Of a stretch of DNA of 64,000 nt, positions 8,537-16,150 are shown piece by piece. Every line of letters begins with the position of its first letter. The stretch's first letter is position 1. The position numbers and the translations under genes are program-made. The DNA is taken from the NCBI GenBank assembly GCA_937895515.1, contig CALAYS010000012.1, positions 11,379 to 75,378 of the forward strand. Reading direction: 5' to 3'. Source of the DNA: an uncultured bacterium. GTDB lineage: Bacteria > Patescibacteriota > Minisyncoccia > Phycocordibacterales > UBA9973. The notes under the pieces were generated by a model, which saw nothing but the letters and a program-made list of their open reading frames with translations, did not search any database and had not been told where the DNA came from.

Positions 8537-9586
8537 CTAAACTATTTCTTCTCCTTCAAGAATATCTTCAATAACTGTTTGCGCCAATTCCTTTGGGATA
8601 ATCTTAATCATGTTATTCTTAATCTCGTAAGATGATGCACTAATCTGTTTTAATTTTAGACTGATATCAGATGTTATGAATTCCTCTTGTTCCAAAAAGA
8701 CCGTTATTCCTAATGATGCAAAATATTCACAATTTTCAATTTGATCACCACGACTAACACTTAAAGGTAATGGGATTGCTAAATGCGGAATCCCTGCCAA
8801 AATTAGCTCCCAAAGAGAATTTGCACCTCCTCGGCAAATAGCTATATCCACTTCAGACAAGACTGATGAAAAATCATGAACAAATTCAAACTGGGAATAC
8901 CCATTAAGAGAAATTAAGTCTAAGCTTAAATTTCCTGCTCCACAAATATGAATTATATCATAGTCTATTAAAAGTTCATTAATTGAACTCCGAACTTTTT
9001 GATTTATTGCTTTTGCTCCTAAACTTCCACCATACACTAGGAGTTTTTGTCTTGAACGATCACTATTTAGCTCAATAGAGGATTTTTTAATATATGAAGC
9101 AATTGGACCTACGTATTTGCCTTTTTTGAATTTTTCTGCTGTTCTTGAAAATGTACAAGTTATGTGTGTAGCGAAAGGTATACTTAATTTATGCGCCAAG
9201 CCTAATGAAAGGTCACAAACATGTATATCAATTATTTTAACGCCAATTATTCTTGCTCCAACAACTACAGGTAAACTAGCAAAACCCCCTGTTACAAATA
9301 CGGCATTAGGTTTTAGTTTTAGAAATAAGAAAAAAGATTGAATAATTCCGATTAGATTAAAAAAAGCAGACAGAGGTAATGTTAGTTTATGAGTTCTATC
9401 GAATTTGGCTGTTTTTATTGAAAAAAATCGCACACCATGTTTTTTACACAGGGTCTCTTCTATAGAATTCTTACCACCAACATAATAAATATTCCAATTC
9501 TTATCCTTAAGATGTTCGGAGATTCTTAAGCTAGGAAGCACGTGCCCCGCACTTCCTCCACCTCCAATAATCAGGGTTCTTGACAT
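8537..9586 (-). CDS. MurG-like family 28 glycosyltransferase
   Basis: 349 aa; N-terminal GGGGSAGHVLPSL and C-terminal RGGANSLWELILAGIPHLAIPLP...GDQIENC match MurG/GT28 signatures. It lies in the AT-rich accessory locus, so housekeeping murG identity is uncertain. Confidence 0.8.
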   Translation of the reverse strand: MSRTLIIGGGGSAGHVLPSLRISEHLKDKNWNIYYVGGKNSIEETLCKKHGVRFFSIKTAKFDRTHKLTLPLSAFFNLIGIIQSFFLFLKLKPNAVFVTGGFASLPVVVGARIIGVKIIDIHVCDLSLGLAHKLSIPFATHITCTFSRTAEKFKKGKYVGPIASYIKKSSIELNSDRSRQKLLVYGGSLGAKAINQKVRSSINELLIDYDIIHICGAGNLSLDLISLNGYSQFEFVHDFSSVLSEVDIAICRGGANSLWELILAGIPHLAIPLPLSVSRGDQIENCEYFASLGITVFLEQEEFITSDISLKLKQISASSYEIKNNMIKIIPKELAQTVIEDILEGEEIV

Positions 9587-9663
9587 AATACAAGTATAGT
9601 TTGTCTATGTTTAATAATCAAGTCATTTATTTATAAGTTAGAATTTATTTTGATTATTTAATA

Positions 9664-10884
9664 CTATTTTCTGGTTAGAATCTTTTCAACTAAAATTTCG
9701 ATATCTGATTCGTGAACATCTAAGTTTTGATTTTTATATTGTAACTTAAATAATCCGGTTTCATAAAATATGTTCAAACTACAATTTAACATATCTGATA
9801 AGATAAGTTTTTGATTCACATGAAGTTTTCGGCTATCATAAAGTGTCCTAAATCCATTTTGTGATAGTTTTTTGTATAACTCCCTAGATTTTTCTGATGA
9901 TTCATTCATGTTATTTTGACAGATCATTATCTGAAAAGGTGAAATAATAGATGGAGCGATTTTTCTATTCATATCAAACTCTGTTTCCACTAAAATCTGA
10001 AGTAATCTTGTAACACCAATACCACTGCAATTCATGTAGGGATATTCTAAATTATTTTTTGAGTTTAGAATTCTCATTCCCATTGTCTTTGTATAAATTT
10101 GGTCAAGTTGAAAGATATGAGCAAGTTCTGCACCTCTTTTTTGAATCAACTTATGATTACATATCTGACAATAGTCATTTTGATTATGATTCATTATTGT
10201 AGTCCAAGTATTGCAGTTCTCGCATCCTACCAAAAATGATTCGCCTAAATTATATAAATAAATAAATTCTTGGCTTAATGAACCTCCAATATCACCGTTA
10301 TCAGCCTCAGCCTCAATAAGTTTTAAGCCGAGCCTATTAAATATCAAACGATGAATTTCAATTAATTGTTTATATTGCTCATTTGAAGAATTACTATTTA
10401 TTGCAAAAGAATATGCATCTGCCATTATAAACTCTTTTGTTCTCAATAGACCATTTCTGACCCGAATTTCGTCACGATATACCTTATTAAGACAATACAT
10501 TGTAATTGGCAAATCCTTATGTGATTGAATTACATTACTTAAGGTTTCGACAGATGCTTCTTCATGTGTAGGATTTAGGCACATAAATTTGTTGGATCTG
10601 TCTTTAATTTTCAGTAATGAATCAAAAGATTCCCATCTTAAACTTTTTCTCCATATTTTTTCGGTTAGTAATGTGGGAAATCGAACTTCAAAACAATCAA
10701 AATCGTTAAAACACTTTTTTATTGTTTCTTCCAATCTAGATACCAAAACTGCTCCTAATGGAAGAAGGCAGTAAACACCAACGGATGATTTAGTAACTAT
10801 TTTTAACTTTTCAAGTAGTTCAATGCCTTTTAATGAACTATTAAAATCTCTGAGATCTGGGATTATTGAATTATTTGCGATCAT
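9664..10884 (-). CDS. truncated ProRS-like class II aminoacyl-tRNA synthetase paralog (no INS editing domain, internal CxxC...CxxC)
   Basis: 406 aa. ProRS-type blocks: LLPLGAVLVSRLEETI, NPTHEEAS, motif 2 YRDEIRVRNGLLRTKEFIMADAYSF, HIFQL, motif 3 GIGVTRLLQILVE. Also has a C-terminal anticodon-binding-like domain and CENC...CQIC. Confidence 0.8.
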   Translation of the reverse strand: MIANNSIIPDLRDFNSSLKGIELLEKLKIVTKSSVGVYCLLPLGAVLVSRLEETIKKCFNDFDCFEVRFPTLLTEKIWRKSLRWESFDSLLKIKDRSNKFMCLNPTHEEASVETLSNVIQSHKDLPITMYCLNKVYRDEIRVRNGLLRTKEFIMADAYSFAINSNSSNEQYKQLIEIHRLIFNRLGLKLIEAEADNGDIGGSLSQEFIYLYNLGESFLVGCENCNTWTTIMNHNQNDYCQICNHKLIQKRGAELAHIFQLDQIYTKTMGMRILNSKNNLEYPYMNCSGIGVTRLLQILVETEFDMNRKIAPSIISPFQIMICQNNMNESSEKSRELYKKLSQNGFRTLYDSRKLHVNQKLILSDMLNCSLNIFYETGLFKLQYKNQNLDVHESDIEILVEKILTRK

Positions 10885-10892
10885 ACAATTTG

Positions 10893-10966
10893 TCGGGGTG
10901 GTTGGATTCGAACCAACTCCTCACCATCTAAAAATGATTTGCGCTCACCAGCTACGCTACACCCCA
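10893..10966 (-). tRNA. tRNA-like gene with non-canonical anticodon arm (nominal anticodon UUU)
   Basis: Cloverleaf by hand. The acceptor stem is UGGGGUG/CACCCCG (U1-G72 wobble plus 6 WC pairs) with discriminator A. The D arm is GCGU-AGCUGGUGA-GCGC and the T arm is GUUGG-UUCGAAU-CCAAC. The anticodon arm AAAUCAUUUUUAGAUGGU cannot form a 5-bp stem with a 7-nt loop. It sits 8 nt from both flanking ORFs. Confidence 0.55.
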
Positions 10967-10974
10967 AATTTTAT

Positions 10975-11595
10975 TTATGCTTTTTGAAATAAATTAAGTG
11001 TCAAATAATTTGTGTGCTCAATATGTAGCAAGTTAAATCCACTCAAATTAATTTGTTTAAAATTTAGATAATTAGACTGTTCACACAAATATTTTGCATC
11101 TAAATTGTTATATATTCCAAGCCCTTCTGGAGGTTTTCTCCAAAAAGATATTACCAATATACAACCCAAACTCATCTTTTCTTCTAAAATACTAATAAAT
11201 TGACCTAGTTCTATTTTATTTAAATGGTTGATTGTTCCAAACATAACTGTACAACTGTCAATTGGTCCAATCCCATCATAAGAGGTTTTGTTTGTACAAC
11301 AACCATGCAATAAGGTTGTTTTAAATAAAATATTCTTTTTACAAAAGTATATAGAATCTGCAGATTTGTCCAACCCAATAATATTTCTACAACCCTTATC
11401 ATAAGCCCATTTCAAATACCTACCTGTGCAAGTCCCAACATCAAGATGAGTATGACCTTTAAGCGATTCTAATCCGATTTTTTGATATAAAATCGATAAT
11501 AACTTTAATTCCTCATCCTTAATTTTCTCTAAATCTTGGGATCCACAATCATAACTCTTCAAAAGTTCTTTGCTATAATATTTAAAATCCAACAT
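10975..11595 (-). CDS. class I SAM-dependent methyltransferase
   Basis: 206 aa; motif I HLDVGTCTGRY followed by IIGLDKS (acidic post-I residue). Confidence 0.75.
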   Translation of the reverse strand: MLDFKYYSKELLKSYDCGSQDLEKIKDEELKLLSILYQKIGLESLKGHTHLDVGTCTGRYLKWAYDKGCRNIIGLDKSADSIYFCKKNILFKTTLLHGCCTNKTSYDGIGPIDSCTVMFGTINHLNKIELGQFISILEEKMSLGCILVISFWRKPPEGLGIYNNLDAKYLCEQSNYLNFKQINLSGFNLLHIEHTNYLTLNLFQKA

Positions 11596-11604
11596 ATAAT
11601 AATT

Positions 11605-12699
11605 CTATTGATTTAATACAGTCAAACTTAACTCTTTAACATTTTTAATAAAATATTCCATTTTAAAAGCATTAGCATATTCTTTACCGTTTTTTGAAAT
11701 TGATTCCCAAAAGTGAACTGAATTACGAAGCTTTAAAATAATGGAAGCAAGTTCTTTAAAATTTCCAGGTTCAAACATAATTGAACTTGATGATGGTGGA
11801 ACTGTCTCAACAAGCCCAGATATTTTTGAAATTGCAACAGGTAATCCCACCGCTTGTGCTTCTGCCACAATTAAACCAAAAGCTTCAATTTCTAAACTTG
11901 GAAGCACTAATAATTGGTGTTGTCTCAATAAATGTGGAAGGTCAACTCTATCAATCCAGTCCATATATTTAATTCTGCTTCCTATACGTTTGATTAATTT
12001 ACTTTGGGTTGAATTAAACCTATCACGAGACACAATAGTTAAAGATACTTCTGGTGGCAGGATACAGAATGCTTTTAGGATTGTTTCAATGGATTTGCCA
12101 ATATTTATTCTGCCAGCATATATAACTCTAAACGAATTTTGATCATGAACTGGTAGTTTTTTCAAAGAATTGGTAAAGAAATAGTCTGGAATACCCCAAG
12201 GTATAACATGAGATTTCTTTTTTATCGGGGAAACATATTGACATAGGTTTTCATAAATCCCATTGGACGGAAATATAATTGCGTCCATTTTCTCGATATT
12301 AGTTGAAATTTCTTGCCTTCGTTTTTTAGACCTTATTGCTTCCATTACGTCTGTACCATGGCAAAATCCAATACGTTTTACATTTGGTATTGTAGTTAAA
12401 ATTGATGTCATTGAGAAACAAAGGTGGTGACAGTGAATAACATCTGGAGCTTCTTTAGTGACAATCTCTTTAACAAGTAAATTTAATTCGGAATGATATT
12501 CTTTTGGCTGTAATAATTTTTGATGCTGGGTCAAAGGAAGCAAGTATTTTACAGCTTTTATGTATTTTACATCCTCAGGATTCAAAGCAATAAAGGGTGT
12601 TTCAAAGCCGATTTTTCCAGATAAATATAAATCTTCAGCTAACTTAATACTCCCACATCCATAATCAATAGGTAAATCTATTCCAGATAGTACTTTCAT
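11605..12699 (-). CDS. GT4-family glycosyltransferase
   Basis: 364 aa; C-terminal EAFGLIVAEAQAVGLPVAIS (E-x7-E type GT-B retaining signature). Confidence 0.85.
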   Translation of the reverse strand: MKVLSGIDLPIDYGCGSIKLAEDLYLSGKIGFETPFIALNPEDVKYIKAVKYLLPLTQHQKLLQPKEYHSELNLLVKEIVTKEAPDVIHCHHLCFSMTSILTTIPNVKRIGFCHGTDVMEAIRSKKRRQEISTNIEKMDAIIFPSNGIYENLCQYVSPIKKKSHVIPWGIPDYFFTNSLKKLPVHDQNSFRVIYAGRINIGKSIETILKAFCILPPEVSLTIVSRDRFNSTQSKLIKRIGSRIKYMDWIDRVDLPHLLRQHQLLVLPSLEIEAFGLIVAEAQAVGLPVAISKISGLVETVPPSSSSIMFEPGNFKELASIILKLRNSVHFWESISKNGKEYANAFKMEYFIKNVKELSLTVLNQ

Positions 12700-12701
12700 T
12701 T

Positions 12702-13217
12702 TCAGAGTTTTAATTCTATTTTAGAGGGCATAGGACCTATAGAGTTTTGATACTTTCCACAATATAATCGTTTTTCACCTATTGATTTCCAAAATGAAAC
12801 CTGACCAATTTTCATTCCTGGGTAAACTACTATCGGCAAAACCGGATGAAGTTGAAGAGTGAATTGACCATAGAAACCCAAATCAATTAGATTTGCTGTA
12901 ACATGAACAAATAACCCTAACCTTGCAATGGAAGACTTTGCACTTATTATTGGAACAAACTCATTACTTCCAATACATTGTATTGTGTAACCTAGAAAGA
13001 ATGATCCAGCCGGCAATGTTAAGCCACTTTCTGGTATTATTACCTCCTCGTAATTATTGTTACCTAACACAGATACTACCTCGGAAGTATACCTTATTAA
13101 ATAATTCCCAAGTCTAAAATCATAGCTATTTGGGTTTATTAGTTCAACATCAAAAGGGTCAATCATAATGCTGCCTTTACTAACTTGTTTAATAATTTCA
13201 GGACCTGTCAATATCAT
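12702..13217 (-). CDS. dCTP deaminase-fold (Dcd/dUTPase superfamily) paralog with Gln at the catalytic Glu position
   Basis: 171 aa; AKSSIARLGLFVHVTA aligns with E. coli Dcd GRSSLARLGL. The LE of the catalytic VLE block reads TLQL here (Q122, codon 12852-12854). Confidence 0.8.
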   Translation of the reverse strand: MILTGPEIIKQVSKGSIMIDPFDVELINPNSYDFRLGNYLIRYTSEVVSVLGNNNYEEVIIPESGLTLPAGSFFLGYTIQCIGSNEFVPIISAKSSIARLGLFVHVTANLIDLGFYGQFTLQLHPVLPIVVYPGMKIGQVSFWKSIGEKRLYCGKYQNSIGPMPSKIELKL

Positions 13218-13734
13218 CGTTAAATAAAAGAGGATTAGGGAAAGAGGGTTCGTTTAGCGTACCTAATAGACCTGAATATTTTTTCACAATACCTTTGGGT
13301 TTCCAGAAACTAACTTGTCCAATTGGAATTCCTGGATACACTCTAATAGGTACAGTAGGCACTAGTTCTAAGGTCCATCGATGGAAAATGCCAATATTAC
13401 TTAAATCAGCTGAAACCTGCATAAATAGGCCAAGTCTACCTATAGAACTACGTCCAATAAGTGAAATAACATACGATGATGAACCGATTTTTTCTTCGGT
13501 AACTCCCAAATACAGATTCCCAGGTGTCAAAATCATACCTTTTTTATCCATTACAGTAAGGTTATTTTCAAAATTTGATAAAGGGTTAATTTCTGTTCCC
13601 GGTGGTATTGTCTTTATTTCAGCCCCTAAATGATAATTATAACTATTAGGATTTATAGATGATTCCCTAAAAGGTGAAATTAAAATTTTGCCTGAAGTAA
13701 TTTTTTCTTTTATTTCACAACCTGTTAAAATCAT
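13198..13734 (-). CDS. dCTP deaminase-fold (Dcd-like) protein, catalytic Glu retained
   Basis: 178 aa; GRSSIGRLGLFMQVSA and WTLEL (E123, codon 13366-13368); overlaps the downstream paralog by 20 nt. Confidence 0.8.
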   Translation of the reverse strand: MILTGCEIKEKITSGKILISPFRESSINPNSYNYHLGAEIKTIPPGTEINPLSNFENNLTVMDKKGMILTPGNLYLGVTEEKIGSSSYVISLIGRSSIGRLGLFMQVSADLSNIGIFHRWTLELVPTVPIRVYPGIPIGQVSFWKPKGIVKKYSGLLGTLNEPSFPNPLLFNDDIDRS

Positions 13735-13788
13735 TTTTATGATAAAAGCCCGATATTAATTATTTATTAATCATTTTGAAAATTAATT

Positions 13789-14466
13789 ATGAATATTTTT
13801 GAAAAAAATAATGGTACTAAGATTTGTGCTATATTTTCTCATCCCGATGACGCAGAATTACTGTGCTACGGAACGTTAGCTAAATACAGAAAAGAGAACT
13901 TTGATATTACTATAATAATAGTAACTGGAGGAATTCATGGTGTTGCGGTATCAGAAGAAAAGTCGCAAGATTTAGAAGAAATTAGATCTTCAGAAACCAT
14001 TGAAGCTTTAAAAGAAGTTTCCTTTGACATCCGATTTCTTGGATTGCCCGATGGTTCAGTACAATTTACAAATGAAAATGTTTCAACAATCGAGAAAATA
14101 CTAAACCACCTTAGCCCTTCCGTTGTTATAACTCATTACACCGATCTTTCAGGAATAGATCACCAAGATCATCACATCGTTTCAAAAATTGTTAAAAACA
14201 TCAGTAACAGAAAGAGTTATATTAAGCTATTATTATGCGCAGAGCCTTTAAAACGAGGGACTGGCTTTAACCCAAACTTATTTGTGAGGGTAGGAGAATT
14301 TTATAAGCAAAAATTGGCAGCAATAAACAAACACAAGTCTCAATTTGGTCGAATTTATATGACAGAATCTTTCCACAATGTCAGAAGTTTGGTTTGGAAA
14401 AACAATTTAGGATTTAGTGACGAAGAATATATAGAAGCATTCATTATTGAAAAAGCCATATCATAA
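13789..14466 (+). CDS. PIG-L/LmbE-family N-acetylglucosaminyl deacetylase
   Basis: 225 aa; AIFSHPDDAELL zinc-binding signature and downstream HQDHH. Confidence 0.85.
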   Translation: MNIFEKNNGTKICAIFSHPDDAELLCYGTLAKYRKENFDITIIIVTGGIHGVAVSEEKSQDLEEIRSSETIEALKEVSFDIRFLGLPDGSVQFTNENVSTIEKILNHLSPSVVITHYTDLSGIDHQDHHIVSKIVKNISNRKSYIKLLLCAEPLKRGTGFNPNLFVRVGEFYKQKLAAINKHKSQFGRIYMTESFHNVRSLVWKNNLGFSDEEYIEAFIIEKAIS

Positions 14467-15221
14467 TGATTAATCAAAAAGTCATTTGTATTCATCAACC
14501 TCCTTTCGCACCTTGGCTTGGTATTGTTGAGAGTATGTTTGCTTCCGATTCTTTTATTATATTCGACGATGTACAATTTGAAAGAGGAGGATATCAAAAT
14601 CGAAATAGAATTAAGTCAATAAAAGGTTCAGAATGGCTAACAATACCTGTAAATCTTGATTTTGGAACTCAATTAAACACGGTTCGCATTGCAGAAAATT
14701 ATTCGGCTAATTCACTTATTAAAACCTTGCGTTCATCATATGGAAAATCTATCTTTTTTAATCAAGTTATGCCAGATTTAGAAAGAATCTTATGCTCCTA
14801 TAAATCTGGAAATTTATTATGTGATTTGAATGTTGAAATTCTCATGTGGATTTCAAATGTTTTAAAATGCTCCTGCGAGTTTATTTATTCAAGTTCTCTT
14901 CAAATAACATACTACGATAGAATAGATAGAATTGGTAAAATTTGCTCTAAATTGGGTGCTACGCATTTGTACAGTGGCTCAGGGATGCTTGGATATTGTA
15001 ATCCTGAAGATATTTTGAAGCAAGGTGTAATACCAATATTCCACAATTATCAAAATCGACACATTGTTTATAATCAACGATTCACTGAAAAAGGATTTAT
15101 ACCTTGTTTATCCGTTTTAGATTTATTCTTTAATATTGGATATAATCAATCTTCAGAATTATTAAAACAATCAGCAAATAAGATACTCAAAGAAGCATTA
15201 AAATTAAATACTATATATTAG
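14466..15221 (+). CDS. WbqC-family protein
   Basis: 251 aa; N-terminal IHQPPFAPWLGIVESM...IFDDVQFERGGYQNRNRI matches the WbqC signature as I recall it. The start overlaps the PIG-L stop (ATAATG). Confidence 0.7.
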   Translation: MINQKVICIHQPPFAPWLGIVESMFASDSFIIFDDVQFERGGYQNRNRIKSIKGSEWLTIPVNLDFGTQLNTVRIAENYSANSLIKTLRSSYGKSIFFNQVMPDLERILCSYKSGNLLCDLNVEILMWISNVLKCSCEFIYSSSLQITYYDRIDRIGKICSKLGATHLYSGSGMLGYCNPEDILKQGVIPIFHNYQNRHIVYNQRFTEKGFIPCLSVLDLFFNIGYNQSSELLKQSANKILKEALKLNTIY

Positions 15222-16092
15222 CGTAATTAAAATATGCCCTCCATAGTTGTCTTGATAAGGAAGGGTTTACTTCTATTTGTCCTTCTCCTAAAGCTGTGCG
15301 TCCGTGAGCATAATGCAATTGACTAAATATCAAAGCTTGAGAACTTTCCAAACTAATAATAATTTGATTCCTTTTTAAAAGTGTTTCATATTGCATTATA
15401 GCATGTATTAAAACTTCTCTTTGATTAAGCTTTAAATTTGGATGTAAATTAAACCATTTTGATAGTTTGGAAGTAAATCTTACCCTTGAAGATTCTCTAG
15501 CTGGTAGTATTGAGAAAGTGGTTAAGTGTTGACCTACTTGTTCCAAGCCTTCATCTTTCCAGTAGGTAAATCTTTTCTTCCTTAACACGTCAGCATATTT
15601 TTGAGGTAGTTTTGAATGCACACCTAAATCTGAAAGAAGAGTACTCCCTCCATTTTTTGAGTCTGGTCGCTCACAAAGTATAGTCATCCCCAAAGGGAAA
15701 TGCGAAAAAGTTAACATATCAATATGAAATGGATTTTCTCCTATGCCATTACCGGCATTGGGGTCTGCCATTAAATCAACTCCTAATGAATACCAAAATG
15801 AATTATCCCTTTTTTCAACTTGTAACACCATTCCTATTAATGCCATTAATGAAATCAATGCTCTTTTAATTTCTTCCATCTCTGATTCAAAGGTCAGTAA
15901 AAAAATTTTACCTTCTGACACTTCATTTAATTTATTAATAAATACTTGGCAATCTTTAGTTGGGGTACCCATCAAATCATTGTGATCAATAATTCTGTGG
16001 GTATTAATTTCAGTCGGCAATAACTTTGATAGTTCTTTTACAATATTTTGACCAACCGACATTCTAAATAATCTAGATTCATCTTGCTTCAT
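15211..16092 (-). CDS. TauD/TfdA-type Fe(II)/2-oxoglutarate dioxygenase
   Basis: 293 aa; HxD (PFHIDM), GGSTLL block and distal HGRT consistent with the 2-His-1-carboxylate plus Arg pattern. Converges on WbqC with an 11-nt overlap. Confidence 0.65.
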   Translation of the reverse strand: MKQDESRLFRMSVGQNIVKELSKLLPTEINTHRIIDHNDLMGTPTKDCQVFINKLNEVSEGKIFLLTFESEMEEIKRALISLMALIGMVLQVEKRDNSFWYSLGVDLMADPNAGNGIGENPFHIDMLTFSHFPLGMTILCERPDSKNGGSTLLSDLGVHSKLPQKYADVLRKKRFTYWKDEGLEQVGQHLTTFSILPARESSRVRFTSKLSKWFNLHPNLKLNQREVLIHAIMQYETLLKRNQIIISLESSQALIFSQLHYAHGRTALGEGQIEVNPSLSRQLWRAYFNYANI

Positions 16093-16150
16093 TCAACAAA
16101 TCTAATTTGTGTATCTCAATTCCAGTATTCAATTATTAATATTTTTAAAC

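Noticed and set aside
9117-9341. 74-aa plus-strand ORF inside the MurG-like gene. Similar antisense or alternate-frame ORFs occur at 10589-10774, 11220-11402, 11741-12142, 11781-11972, 12923-13117, 13295-13633, 14355-14597, 15743-15985 and 16497-16991.
   Set aside because: Each lies wholly within, and antisense or out of frame to, a longer ORF with clear family motifs. Their low-complexity composition is typical of shadow ORFs in AT-rich DNA.
10893-10966. Reading the tRNA-like gene as an ordinary tRNA-Lys(UUU), or as an att-site remnant of a tRNA
   Set aside because: In the canonical register the anticodon stem has only two of five pairs, so it is not an ordinary tRNA-Lys. The acceptor, D and T arms are intact rather than decayed. 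Its placement 8 nt from both neighbouring ORFs argues against a random scar. It is kept as a non-canonical tRNA-like call pending covariance-model scoring.
12702-13734. Interpretation of the Dcd-like pair as a dCTP-depletion anti-phage defence
   Set aside because: From memory, the described nucleotide-depletion deaminases are zinc-dependent cytidine-deaminase-fold proteins, often with a kinase-like domain. These two proteins are dUTPase-fold Dcd homologues embedded in a glycosyltransferase operon. Not excluded, but unsupported.
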